Source of the DNA: a virus
Lineage: Duplodnaviria; Caudoviricetes
Strand: one strand, 5' to 3'
DNA length: 56,572 nt
IMG/VR virus record: IMGVR_UViG_3300009506_000095
Location: 1-56,572 of that record
The position numbers and the translations under genes were made by a program. Positions 41,656 to 51,419 of the stretch are shown here, piece by piece (position 1 is the stretch's first letter; every line of letters starts with the position of its first letter). The notes under the pieces are model-generated. The model worked only from the letters and a program-made list of their open reading frames with translations. It searched no databases and was not told the origin of the DNA.

Positions 41656-41664
41656 GGGGGCTTT

Positions 41665-42159
41665 ATGGCAAGAATACTTTTAATAACTGACAAGCACGCT
41701 AATACTGGTGCTTATCAACAGGGCTTATGCTCTAAAGATGATTTGGTTGGCGTGTTTGAGGATGGTCATGAGTTCTCACCACTTGAGATAGCTCATTTTA
41801 AAATCGTTGATGTCCATGGCTTTACTAAGCAAGAGCTTAAAGACGAGTTGGATAAGAAGATTCCAAAGATCAAAGAGATTGTTGAAATAAATGGTGAATG
41901 GTATGAAGGTGATCTAGTTACATTGAATAAATTCAATCCAACTAGGATTAAGGAAGCATTCATTGATAATGACGAATGGTTCTTACTTGAAAAAAGAAGG
42001 AAACACCCTCTAAGCCTATCAGACCTTAGTAGTAATGACATTGCAGAGTTAGCATCTAAATCAACAACAAAAGATCACAAAAAGTCTATATTAGATAAAA
42101 TAAAATGCAAACATAATATCTACCAAGAAAACAAAACAAAAATAGATAAGATAAAATAA
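41665..42159 (+). CDS. Hypothetical protein, paralog of 12770-13231
   Basis: Shared VGVFED.H.FSPLE..GFT.QEL; again lies upstream of a beta-helix/SPSE gene. Confidence 0.7.
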   Translation: MARILLITDKHANTGAYQQGLCSKDDLVGVFEDGHEFSPLEIAHFKIVDVHGFTKQELKDELDKKIPKIKEIVEINGEWYEGDLVTLNKFNPTRIKEAFIDNDEWFLLEKRRKHPLSLSDLSSNDIAELASKSTTKDHKKSILDKIKCKHNIYQENKTKIDKIK

Positions 42160-44849
42160 TGGCCACAGTAAATAGATACGCAATATGCTCTACAGCTGAT
42201 TGGGGTTCCCCACTTTATGCTGATAAAGGTTCAGCTGCTGCTAGAGATGCGTACTATTTTGGTTATTATACATCTATACAAGCTTGGGAATCAGACCGGA
42301 ATGGCAATTTAACAACTGGTGGTGACAAAGAAGTTGCTGAACCATGCGGTGATGATTGGAGTGGAAATCCTGACGGTTCTCTTGTAATATCTGGTTGGAC
42401 ATGTAACAGAAGTAATGATGAGTACATTGTTATTGAAGCTGTCGGCTCAGCAAGAAATACAACAGGAATATGGGATACTACCAAGTATATTGTTTCAGCT
42501 AATTCAGGTACGGTGAATGCTTTATTATATTCCTCATCAGGCAATAGTAGACCAGATTCAGACATAATTGGAATACAATTTACACAGGAATATAACTCTG
42601 GTGTCCCTATAGTAAAAACATTGACTGGTTTGGGTGCTAATACAGATTTGCGGTTTGATTCATGCATTATCAAACCAACATATAGTACTAGTACAATTAT
42701 TGGCTTTCAAGCTTATCCACAGCTTTCCACAGAAAGGGTATATCTTTATAACTCAATAATAGATATGAGAAATGGTGGTGGTACAGGTTTAAGTGTACCT
42801 GGAAATGGATATTCCGGTTTAACATATGCGCTGAACTGTACTATATTTGGCTCTACTTATCAGTATCTCTATGGTGCCTATTCTTATTTATCTCCTTTGT
42901 ATCTTTATAATTGTGCTGTATTCTACAATTACGATGATTTTGATATCAACACTGGTTCAATTAATTATTGTGCGTCAGATGATGGTGATGGAAGTTTTGC
43001 TGAGACTCTTGATAATTCAAGTAATTATGGAAATGAATTCACAGATTTTTTGAGCGGTGATGTGACTCTTGTCTCTGGAAGTACATGTATAGGTCAAGGT
43101 ACTGATAATCCTGCAAGTCTTGGCATTTATACTGATGACTTTTTTGGAGATACAAGAACATCGACTTGGGACATTGGTATGGATGAATATGGTGCTTCAT
43201 CAGAGTCTCCTTCTGCTTCACCATCTGAGTCTCCAAGCCTAAGCCCTTCAGCTTCTGAAAGCCCTTCTGCTTCTCCAAGCATATCGCCTTCAGAATCTCC
43301 AAGCTTAAGCCCTTCAGCTTCTGAATCTCCAAGTATAAGCCCATCTGAGTCTCCTTCAGTTTCACCATCTGAGTCTCCAAGCTTAAGCCCTTCAGCTTCT
43401 GAAAGCCCTTCTGCTTCTCCAAGTGAATCACCATCTATTTCCCCATCAATTTCGCCTTCAGAATCTCCAAGCTTATCTCCTTCAGCTTCTGAAAGCCCAT
43501 CAGTTTCGCCTTCAGGTAGCCCATCTGAGAGTCCATCTGAATCTCCAAGCTTAAGCCCTTCAGCTTCTGAAAGCCCATCTGAGTCTCCTTCAGAGAGTCC
43601 ATCTGCAAGCAAGTCTCCATCACCATCTGAGTCACCATCAGCTAGCCCGACACAATCGCCAAGCATATCACCTTCTGAGTCTCCAAGCTTAAGCCCTTCA
43701 GCTTCTGAAAGCCCATCAGAGTCTCCTTCTGAATCACCTTCAGAATCTCCAAGCCTAAGCCCTTCAGCTTCTGAAAGCCCTTCTGAGAGTGCGAGTGAAT
43801 CACCATCACCATCACCATCTGAAAGCCCATCAATTTCACCTTCAGCATCGCCTTCTGAATCTCCAAGCTTAAGCCCAAGTGCTTCTGAATCTCCAAGCGA
43901 AAGTCCTTCATCCTCACCAAGCTTAAGCCCTTCAGCTTCTGAAAGCCCTTCTGCATCTCCATCAGAGCCACCTGCTCCACATGAAATGTATGATTATCTA
44001 AGTCCAGTTGAGGTAGATTATGACTACATATTAGACATAAAGCCACAGAAGGTTATACTTGAAAGCTCTACATTCGGGCAGGATAAATACCTAACAGATG
44101 ATATAAATTATTCTGTTTATGGTAAGTCTACAGCACCAAAATTTATAGCGACTCTTGAATTCAGTGTTAAAAGCTCTTACGAGATAAGTGTCATATATGA
44201 TCTTTACTCTGACAGTAATAAAGCGTATGGTATGTGTAAGACTTTCAAGTGGCAGCATTATGACAATGAAACAGGAAATGGGCATATTTATGCTGTAAGA
44301 TTCTGGGAAGATATTGAAAGGAGTATGATTTCAAGAAGCATCCAAGGAATGGCAAAAGTCAGACTTGCAATTATTGGCAATGCAGTAGATGAAGATCCAG
44401 CATCTGAAAGCCCAAGTATGTCTGATTTTGGAGTAGAAATGTATGATTATCTTCCAGGTACTGCCTCTCCAGATAGTGCATATACCCTTGATGTTAAGCC
44501 ACAGAAAACGATAGTTGAGGCAGTTACTTTTAAGCAAAGCAAGCTAATTATGGATGATATGACTCATAAAATAGCTTCTCCAAGTGATACACCACAATTC
44601 CTTGCTACTCTTTATTTTGATGTAAAGAGTAGAACTGATATTGGAGATATATATGATATATATAATAATACTGGAAAGGGGTATGGAATAAAACGATCAT
44701 TCAAGTGGGTACACCAAGATGCAGAAACTGGAGATGGTCATGCATATGTAGTAAGATTTTGGGATGATATAGAAAGAAGTCTAAAAACTAGAACAATACA
44801 AGGATTCACTAAAATTACATTGGCTATTATTGATAGGATTAATGATTAA
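42159..44849 (+). CDS. Tail-region protein: beta-helix head, (SPSE/SPSA)n stalk, duplicated C-terminal domain (possible distal tail protein)
   Basis: N-terminus nearly identical to an internal region of 13566 ([29 protein letters not shown]); two copies of EMYDYL..KPQK..FKW.H.D.ETG.GH.Y.VRFW.DIERS; located between TMP and tail hub. Confidence 0.75.
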   Translation: MATVNRYAICSTADWGSPLYADKGSAAARDAYYFGYYTSIQAWESDRNGNLTTGGDKEVAEPCGDDWSGNPDGSLVISGWTCNRSNDEYIVIEAVGSARNTTGIWDTTKYIVSANSGTVNALLYSSSGNSRPDSDIIGIQFTQEYNSGVPIVKTLTGLGANTDLRFDSCIIKPTYSTSTIIGFQAYPQLSTERVYLYNSIIDMRNGGGTGLSVPGNGYSGLTYALNCTIFGSTYQYLYGAYSYLSPLYLYNCAVFYNYDDFDINTGSINYCASDDGDGSFAETLDNSSNYGNEFTDFLSGDVTLVSGSTCIGQGTDNPASLGIYTDDFFGDTRTSTWDIGMDEYGASSESPSASPSESPSLSPSASESPSASPSISPSESPSLSPSASESPSISPSESPSVSPSESPSLSPSASESPSASPSESPSISPSISPSESPSLSPSASESPSVSPSGSPSESPSESPSLSPSASESPSESPSESPSASKSPSPSESPSASPTQSPSISPSESPSLSPSASESPSESPSESPSESPSLSPSASESPSESASESPSPSPSESPSISPSASPSESPSLSPSASESPSESPSSSPSLSPSASESPSASPSEPPAPHEMYDYLSPVEVDYDYILDIKPQKVILESSTFGQDKYLTDDINYSVYGKSTAPKFIATLEFSVKSSYEISVIYDLYSDSNKAYGMCKTFKWQHYDNETGNGHIYAVRFWEDIERSMISRSIQGMAKVRLAIIGNAVDEDPASESPSMSDFGVEMYDYLPGTASPDSAYTLDVKPQKTIVEAVTFKQSKLIMDDMTHKIASPSDTPQFLATLYFDVKSRTDIGDIYDIYNNTGKGYGIKRSFKWVHQDAETGDGHAYVVRFWDDIERSLKTRTIQGFTKITLAIIDRIND
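43197..43970 (+). repeat. Coding (SPSE/SPSA/SPSI)n repeat
   Basis: Same DNA units as the head-region repeats, with more variants. Confidence 0.95.
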
Positions 44850-47800
44850 TGATTACTTTTGATGCTAATCAGAATACTATAATTGGAAACGATTATATAA
44901 CATATTCTTGGTTATTTACTATAACACAAGGCGTTACAACATATCGTCTGTCCACTAAGGAATATAGTTATGGTGGGCAGACATATTTTGCCAGGATTAT
45001 AGCCAATCAATTCAATGGTGGACCACAGGAGCAGAGGATGGCTACCGAGGCAGGTTCTCTTTCTCCATTTAGGTACAGTTTTGCTATATCAAATACAACT
45101 GGTTCTTACTCTGCATCTTTCTTAGAGGGAGCAGAAGTACTTTTACGATTGGTTTGCTCTGATGGTACTCTTGAAGAAGTCATGCGCCAATGGAAGATGA
45201 CTATTCCTTCTGGTGGTGCTAAAGAGTTATATGATAAGATAGAGATTGAAGCTGTTAGTTATATTCAAGATGTAGCAAAAGGAGAATGGCCAAATAGACC
45301 TTTGGTAAAGGACATTTATCCATCATCTGATTCAAGGATAACTTGGTCGATGGTGACTGATAATATGTGTGTCCCAATAACTATCGGAACATCATATATT
45401 CCTGTTAGATCGGTTTATACTGGAGTCCTACATAGTGGAAGAAGATATTATCTTTTAGGTCTTAACTCTGGCACAGATACATATACTCTAACAGAGCTAA
45501 GAGCACCAAGAGGAAGGGGAGACTCTATATACTCAAGTGGCACATATAATTTTAATCAGTATGATGCTGGAAGCTACCGAGTGATGCAACCAATAATAGC
45601 TGATAGTGATTCAGATGGTGATGTGGATGCTTCTGGTATATGGTATGATTCTGGCAGTGGCACTTTGCTTGATCCACTCCTGAAATACAGAACTAATCGA
45701 ACAGGCTTTATAAATGGTAGCCAAGTTGGTACGGCTACAGCAACAGATGGTACAGGAGTAACCCTAACATATTCTGGCACTCAGCTTCCAGCTAATTCGG
45801 TAGCTGGATGCTATGTAGTAAATAGAACCACAAGTGCTTATGGTCTTATAACTTCAAATTCTGGAGCAGCCAAAACCATAACTTGTAGTGGTGGATTATC
45901 CTCTGGTGGATGGACATCAGGGAATACATATACTGTTGGTGGTCCAGCTTCTGTTATAAGATTCGTGCTTACAGATTCCACAGATGGAATGGGTGTAAGC
46001 ACTAGCAATATAGATGATGATCTATTTGGTGCTGCTGAAGTAACCTATGCTGGATGGGGGTTGATCTGGTATCATGGATTCTTCGTTAAACGCAATAGAG
46101 AAGAACTCATGACTGATCTTCTTTGTATGTGCCACAGCATATTCACAGTACGTGATAAGATTGGTCTGAAAGTATTATCAAAAACGTCACAAAAGACATT
46201 CACTAACTTCATAAAAGGTTCTTTCAATTACAATAAGCTTGAACCAAGTGCAAATGATTCTGCTTATTTTGCATTTATAGAATCTGGAGAACCAGCAGAT
46301 GTTTATATAAAGGCAATAGTACCAGCAGGTACTACATCGACATCTCCAGCTAGTGATGTTTTCGAGTGCTATCTTATTGAGGATTCTGATAATGCAAAGG
46401 AACTTGCCCATTTAAGATTACAAAGAAAATTCCTGAAGGATGCAAAGTATAATTTTAAGCATGATTATAGTTCTTTAGCTATTGAGCCAGGAGACATAAT
46501 AACAGTCAATAATGCTTATTATGGCGAATCATCATTCAATTGCATGATAGAGACTATGCACATAAACAAAGACCTTGTTATAGAATACTCTGGATATTCT
46601 TTTACAAGTTCTATAGATGATTTTGGTGATAAGGGGTATTCTGCTGTATCTGTATCTGATACAAGTGGAGAAACAGTAACTCCTTGGAAGGCTGTATATG
46701 CAGGAAGTGATGATGATAATGGTAATAATGTTATTCCTGGAAGATTAAGGCTTACTGGCTCTAATAACGATATAATTATAGATCCAGATGATCCAAGCAT
46801 CACTCTCAATGAATTAGTCGGTGAGACTACAAATGATGTTGTAAAAATTGGAAATATAAATGCTGGTGTAATAGGCATACATATCAAAAATTCAGCAGGG
46901 GACATCGTATTCATTGTAGATGATACACCTCAAGCTAATATAGCTGGATGGGAAATAACAACTACCAAACTTACTAGCGGTGATCTTGAATTAGATGCAG
47001 ACAATACTAAGATAGTCGCTGGAGCTGGAACCAATATCATCACAATAGATGCAGAAGATGAAACATATAGGCTTGCTATTGGTGATTCTGTATATGCTGA
47101 TGCTCCATTCAGAGTAACAAGAACTGGTGTTATGACTGCTATTGGGGCAGTTATTAATGGCACTATAACGATAACTGGCGGAACAGGTATAACTAATTTA
47201 GATGATGCTGGAGGACTTGCTACTGCTGATGATGTAGATTATGATACTCAAGTAACTGGAGATGAGAAGCCTGATAATAATGCCACAGTTGGGGCTGAAT
47301 TTGGTGTAAATATCTCTGGAGGTGGAGCTGGGGCAAATCAAGTAGGCAATGATGGTACTATTACTCAGATAAGTGGTGGGATTATAACAACTGGCACTCT
47401 GAATGCCTTACTCTGTAATGTAACTAATATCAACGCAACGAATATAAATGCTGGAACTCTCAATGTTGATAGGATTTCAGCAAATTCAATAGTCACAGAA
47501 AAACTTTCATTCAAAGACAATCCAAATCTTCTGAGAGATATATACTCCACTTTTGAACACTACCATGATGGTGATAACGTTGGAGCAGGAGTAGCTAACG
47601 GAACAGCTACATGCGATGGTGATAACTTCTATATCGGTAGCCGTTGCCTCAAGATGAATGCGACTTCTGCTGATAACTATGTCTATCTTGGACAAAGTAG
47701 TACGGATTATAACATACCTATCAAGCCATCTACAAGATACATAATCTCATTCTATGCAAAAGGGGCTTCTGGCAATGAAGAGATAGAATGCCTTTTGAGG

Positions 47801-48478
47801 CAGGATACAACTGTCCACAAATCGGTCACATTCACTAGCAATAATAATAGTGAGTCTGGTAACACTACAGCAGATGTGACAACAGCGTGGCTTAGATACT
47901 ATGGATATGTAAATACTGATGCAGGAATAACTGATTCAGGACTGATAAGATTTGATAACAATGATAATGGTGCTGTAGTAAGATTCGATGCTGTTATGAT
48001 CGAGGAAGTTGATGCTGCGAATACTCAACCAAGTCCATACTCTCAGGGTGTATCAATAGCGAACTCTATTACAACTACAAAGATCTTCAGCGTTTCTGAT
48101 GGTGATTATGTAATCTCATATTATGGAAAAGATGGGTCTGAGAGTCCGAGTGAATATCTGCAAACTGCTATGGTATATACAAAAATATTTGAGGTGAGAG
48201 TACCACTTGATGGGACATATACAACATATTTCAATCTTAAACGTCATGTTTCTGACTCAACAGCATATGGCAGGATATATGTGAATGGAGTCGCTGTTGG
48301 TACAGCACGCTCAACATCATCAACAAGTTATCAGTATTATGATGAGGATATAGTGAAGATTAATGCTGGTGATTTGGTGCAGTTATACACTTATTGCTTC
48401 GCTGGAGCAGGGGCTTATACAAATGTATTCAGAGTATCATGTGATACACCATTGGAAAGCATTTTTACAGAGTACTAG
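44849..48478 (+). CDS. Tail tip/hub and central fibre protein with a probable carbohydrate-binding module
   Basis: Hub-like AIEPGDIITV; fibre repeats ITTGTLNA/INAGTLNVDRI; NPNLL...PIKPSTRYIISFYAKG..WLRY..FDAVMIEE CBM-like pattern. Confidence 0.75.
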   Translation: MITFDANQNTIIGNDYITYSWLFTITQGVTTYRLSTKEYSYGGQTYFARIIANQFNGGPQEQRMATEAGSLSPFRYSFAISNTTGSYSASFLEGAEVLLRLVCSDGTLEEVMRQWKMTIPSGGAKELYDKIEIEAVSYIQDVAKGEWPNRPLVKDIYPSSDSRITWSMVTDNMCVPITIGTSYIPVRSVYTGVLHSGRRYYLLGLNSGTDTYTLTELRAPRGRGDSIYSSGTYNFNQYDAGSYRVMQPIIADSDSDGDVDASGIWYDSGSGTLLDPLLKYRTNRTGFINGSQVGTATATDGTGVTLTYSGTQLPANSVAGCYVVNRTTSAYGLITSNSGAAKTITCSGGLSSGGWTSGNTYTVGGPASVIRFVLTDSTDGMGVSTSNIDDDLFGAAEVTYAGWGLIWYHGFFVKRNREELMTDLLCMCHSIFTVRDKIGLKVLSKTSQKTFTNFIKGSFNYNKLEPSANDSAYFAFIESGEPADVYIKAIVPAGTTSTSPASDVFECYLIEDSDNAKELAHLRLQRKFLKDAKYNFKHDYSSLAIEPGDIITVNNAYYGESSFNCMIETMHINKDLVIEYSGYSFTSSIDDFGDKGYSAVSVSDTSGETVTPWKAVYAGSDDDNGNNVIPGRLRLTGSNNDIIIDPDDPSITLNELVGETTNDVVKIGNINAGVIGIHIKNSAGDIVFIVDDTPQANIAGWEITTTKLTSGDLELDADNTKIVAGAGTNIITIDAEDETYRLAIGDSVYADAPFRVTRTGVMTAIGAVINGTITITGGTGITNLDDAGGLATADDVDYDTQVTGDEKPDNNATVGAEFGVNISGGGAGANQVGNDGTITQISGGIITTGTLNALLCNVTNINATNINAGTLNVDRISANSIVTEKLSFKDNPNLLRDIYSTFEHYHDGDNVGAGVANGTATCDGDNFYIGSRCLKMNATSADNYVYLGQSSTDYNIPIKPSTRYIISFYAKGASGNEEIECLLRQDTTVHKSVTFTSNNNSESGNTTADVTTAWLRYYGYVNTDAGITDSGLIRFDNNDNGAVVRFDAVMIEEVDAANTQPSPYSQGVSIANSITTTKIFSVSDGDYVISYYGKDGSESPSEYLQTAMVYTKIFEVRVPLDGTYTTYFNLKRHVSDSTAYGRIYVNGVAVGTARSTSSTSYQYYDEDIVKINAGDLVQLYTYCFAGAGAYTNVFRVSCDTPLESIFTEY

Positions 48479-48831
48479 TGATGAGAAAAGAATTTTTTTA
48501 CAAAACTGAGGAAGAGAGACAAGGCATAATAGACAGCGATCCAGATCTTTTTGTTATTATTGAGAAGGATAAGGCTTCCACTGGTAAATCTATTATTATG
48601 GCTGATATAGATGAGTGGATTGAATTTGCTTTAAGACCAGATAGAAACTCTAATTTATACAGATCTGACCTTGAGATTCTTAAAGAGATAGAGAATATTA
48701 TGCCAGATATATTATCTGCCCTCAATATAAAAGCTGATAAGCTTTTAGCCTTGATTAATTACAGGCAAGGTCTAAGAGATATAACTAAGAATATTAGCAA
48801 ACCAGAAGATGTTAAATGGCCTGAAAAATGA
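48478..48831 (+). CDS. Tail fibre assembly-like protein
   Basis: RPDRNSNL..SD, YRQGLRDIT......DVKWPEK. Confidence 0.7.
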   Translation: MMRKEFFYKTEEERQGIIDSDPDLFVIIEKDKASTGKSIIMADIDEWIEFALRPDRNSNLYRSDLEILKEIENIMPDILSALNIKADKLLALINYRQGLRDITKNISKPEDVKWPEK

Positions 48832-49286
48832 AAGAAGTGAAAATAAAAAAGGCGAAAAATATTTGTGCTGCTGGGAGTAGCTGGCTTATAGGAAAAGGTG
48901 ATGTTACTCTTGGTGAGCTTGCAGCAGATGTCTTTGCAGAGGACAAGCAAGCTTTCAGAAAATGGTTCCTGATGAAATATTTCACGATTGGTGAAATAAA
49001 GACTCAGAGTACTTCAGCAGCTAACTTTCTGATAAATATACTTCATCTTGGCATAGGCCTTGATACAGATAGCAGAGAAGATGTTGAGGTGATGAGTATA
49101 AATGAATTTGCTAAGAATAGTGTACTATCTCATTATGATGTTATTGGGGCTGATAACATTAAAGAGTGTACAGAAAAATATCTCATATCAAGTCAATATG
49201 CGTATCAGGCAATTAGTGCTGGTCAAAAAACTGGTTTAACAAATTTCTTATTATCTGAATTATCTAAGATAATTAAAACGGATTAG
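48828..49286 (+). CDS. Hypothetical protein
   Basis: Overlapping ORF in the operon. Confidence 0.5.
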   Translation: MKEVKIKKAKNICAAGSSWLIGKGDVTLGELAADVFAEDKQAFRKWFLMKYFTIGEIKTQSTSAANFLINILHLGIGLDTDSREDVEVMSINEFAKNSVLSHYDVIGADNIKECTEKYLISSQYAYQAISAGQKTGLTNFLLSELSKIIKTD

Positions 49287-49294
49287 GTTATCAT

Positions 49295-49495
49295 ATGGCT
49301 GATGTTATAAATATAGGGAATGGTAGAGTTTGGTTCGCAGCATGCCCTAAATGTGAATGTGAGACATTCTATATAATAGTCGAGAGCATGAGCAATGGTA
49401 GTATGAAGAAAATAGTCTGTGCTAATGAATATTGTGACTTTTATTCAGACATAGATGGGCCAAACCTAGCTCCATTAAAAGAAAATGGTTCATAG
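49295..49495 (+). CDS. Small Zn-ribbon protein
   Basis: CPKC...CANEYC. Confidence 0.5.
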   Translation: MADVINIGNGRVWFAACPKCECETFYIIVESMSNGSMKKIVCANEYCDFYSDIDGPNLAPLKENGS

Positions 49496-49853
49496 GAATT
49501 ATTTCAAAGATAGTGAGTTCAACTGTAAGTGTGGTGAATGTGGTCTCGGAATAAAAGAGATGAACAAAACCACAATTATGAGATTGAATATAGCAAGGGG
49601 CATTTCTAATGTCCCTTATGTTTTAAATAGTGCTATGCGATGCCCATCGCATAATATTGTGGAAGGAGGGAGTCCAACAAGCTCTCATTTATTCGGATAC
49701 GCTGTAGACATAAGAGTTCTAAATGGAAGCTACAGATGGAAAATACTGAATGGATTATGGGAAGCAAAATTTAGAAGAATAGGGATTGGAAAAACATTTA
49801 TACATGCTGACGATGATCCAAATAAACCCGCAGGTGTAGTATGGCTTTATTAG
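49485..49853 (+). CDS. Peptidase M15A family endolysin-like protein
   Basis: YF..SEFNCKCG, NSAMRC..HN..EGG...SSHL.GYAVDI, RIGIGKTFIHAD. Confidence 0.88.
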   Translation: MVHRNYFKDSEFNCKCGECGLGIKEMNKTTIMRLNIARGISNVPYVLNSAMRCPSHNIVEGGSPTSSHLFGYAVDIRVLNGSYRWKILNGLWEAKFRRIGIGKTFIHADDDPNKPAGVVWLY

Positions 49854-49862
49854 GAGTCAATT

Positions 49863-50396
49863 ATGATGAAATATCCATTAATGAGAAGGGGTGATTTTTT
49901 TTGTAGTGCTAATATAGGTGGCAAAAGCAGTTTTCTCTCTAGAAATATAACAAGAGCAGAGCGATGGTGGGCAAAGGATAATGAAGCTTCTTATGGTCAC
50001 TCTGGAATCATACTTAATGATTCAGGTGATACCATGGAAGCTTTGCTTACTATTAAGAGACAGAATATTTTTGCTGACTATATGGACACTAGAGTTCTTA
50101 TAGGCAGACACATAGGGATGAATAAGCTTAGATTTGAAAGGGCTTATGCTGCAATCAGGAATTATGAAGGTAGATTGTACCCTGGTTGGAGATTAGCCTT
50201 TTTCTTATTTTGTCCACCTTTAGCAAAATTCATACATTTTGCTGGTATGCCTGTATGCTCCGAGTTCGCAGGTTACTTTGGGCATCTGGCAGAGCTTGAG
50301 GAGTTCAACACTTATTGGGGTCTTAATCCTGATGATTTAGCAGACATGATAAGGAAATGGGACTGCTTTGCTGTTGTCTTCGAAGGCATAATTTGA
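49863..50396 (+). CDS. Permuted papain-like (NlpC/P60, YiiX/YebB-like) enzyme
   Basis: RGDFF, YGHSGI (His first), later VCSEF (Cys), PDDLA. Confidence 0.7.
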   Translation: MMKYPLMRRGDFFCSANIGGKSSFLSRNITRAERWWAKDNEASYGHSGIILNDSGDTMEALLTIKRQNIFADYMDTRVLIGRHIGMNKLRFERAYAAIRNYEGRLYPGWRLAFFLFCPPLAKFIHFAGMPVCSEFAGYFGHLAELEEFNTYWGLNPDDLADMIRKWDCFAVVFEGII

Positions 50397-50420
50397 ACAG
50401 ATAACAAAGGAAGGTGTGCC

Positions 50421-51419
50421 ATAGCAAGATCAACCAAAAAGAGAACAGAACTGATAAAGGATACACTAAGAAGATTTGATAATCTCCCGATAAACACAAT
50501 AGCAAAATATCTCATACAAAAATACCCTGAGCTTTTTGATAGTAAAGAAGAAGCAAGATCAGCCTTAAGATATCACACAGGAAGGTCAGGACCAGGGAAT
50601 ATTAAAAAACTTAGTGATAAGTCACTTATAAGAACAGGTGATACAAAGCAAATAAAACTTCCAAGTACATGGAGACATGTAAGAGAGCCTTACTATTTAG
50701 ATCCAGGGCTATGGCTTATACTTAGTGATATACATGTTCCGTTTCACGAACCAAAGCCGATAGAGCAAGCGATAAAGTATGGTCAGAGTGAAGGAATATC
50801 TGGTGTATTGATAAACGGTGATCTTCATGACTGTGCTTCTATAAGTTATTGGCCAGTAAGTCATAGAGACTTCCCAAGAGAAACAGAACTAGTTATAGAT
50901 TTTTTAGACTTCTTGATACAAGAATTTCCTGGTAAGAAGATTGTCTGGAAACCAGGCAATCATGAACTAAGACTTCCAAGACTTTATATGAGTAAGGTTC
51001 CTGAGTTGGTTGAAATGCCTTATTTAGCTATGGAAGCTGCTCTGAATCTTGAAAAGAGAGGGATAGAATTTCTTGACTACTTCCAGCTCGTAATGGGCGG
51101 AAAATTGTACTTGCTCCATGGCCATGAGGTAAATAGGCTAGATGTAGCTGTAAACCCAGCAAGAGGTCTTTTTAGAAAGACGAATGGATCATCAGCTGGA
51201 TGCGGGCATACTCATCGCACTTCTGAGCATGTAGAAGTACGTATGGACGGAACTATGGTGACCTGTTGGTCTTTTGGGTGTCTATGCGATCTTTCTCCAG
51301 ACTACAGACCTTATGGTAATAGCTGGAATTGGGGATTCGCAACTATAAATGTTGAGAAGGATGGAAACTTCGAGCTTGTAAATAGAAGAATAGACAGTAA
51401 GAGTGGTAAGATTTTCTAA
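50421..51419 (+). CDS. Calcineurin-like metallophosphoesterase, probable AUA start
   Basis: LSDIHVPFH lies upstream of the track start 50808; also NGDLHD, PGNHE, LHGHE, CGHTHR; frame open from the stop at 50394-50396; ATA 50421 follows AAGGAAGG. Confidence 0.85.
   Translation: MARSTKKRTELIKDTLRRFDNLPINTIAKYLIQKYPELFDSKEEARSALRYHTGRSGPGNIKKLSDKSLIRTGDTKQIKLPSTWRHVREPYYLDPGLWLILSDIHVPFHEPKPIEQAIKYGQSEGISGVLINGDLHDCASISYWPVSHRDFPRETELVIDFLDFLIQEFPGKKIVWKPGNHELRLPRLYMSKVPELVEMPYLAMEAALNLEKRGIEFLDYFQLVMGGKLYLLHGHEVNRLDVAVNPARGLFRKTNGSSAGCGHTHRTSEHVEVRMDGTMVTCWSFGCLCDLSPDYRPYGNSWNWGFATINVEKDGNFELVNRRIDSKSGKIF

Noticed and set aside
12770-43200. Diversity-generating retroelement explaining the duplicated beta-helix regions
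   Set aside because: No reverse transcriptase is in the window, and the differences between copies are not adenine-specific; both copies are intact coding paralogs
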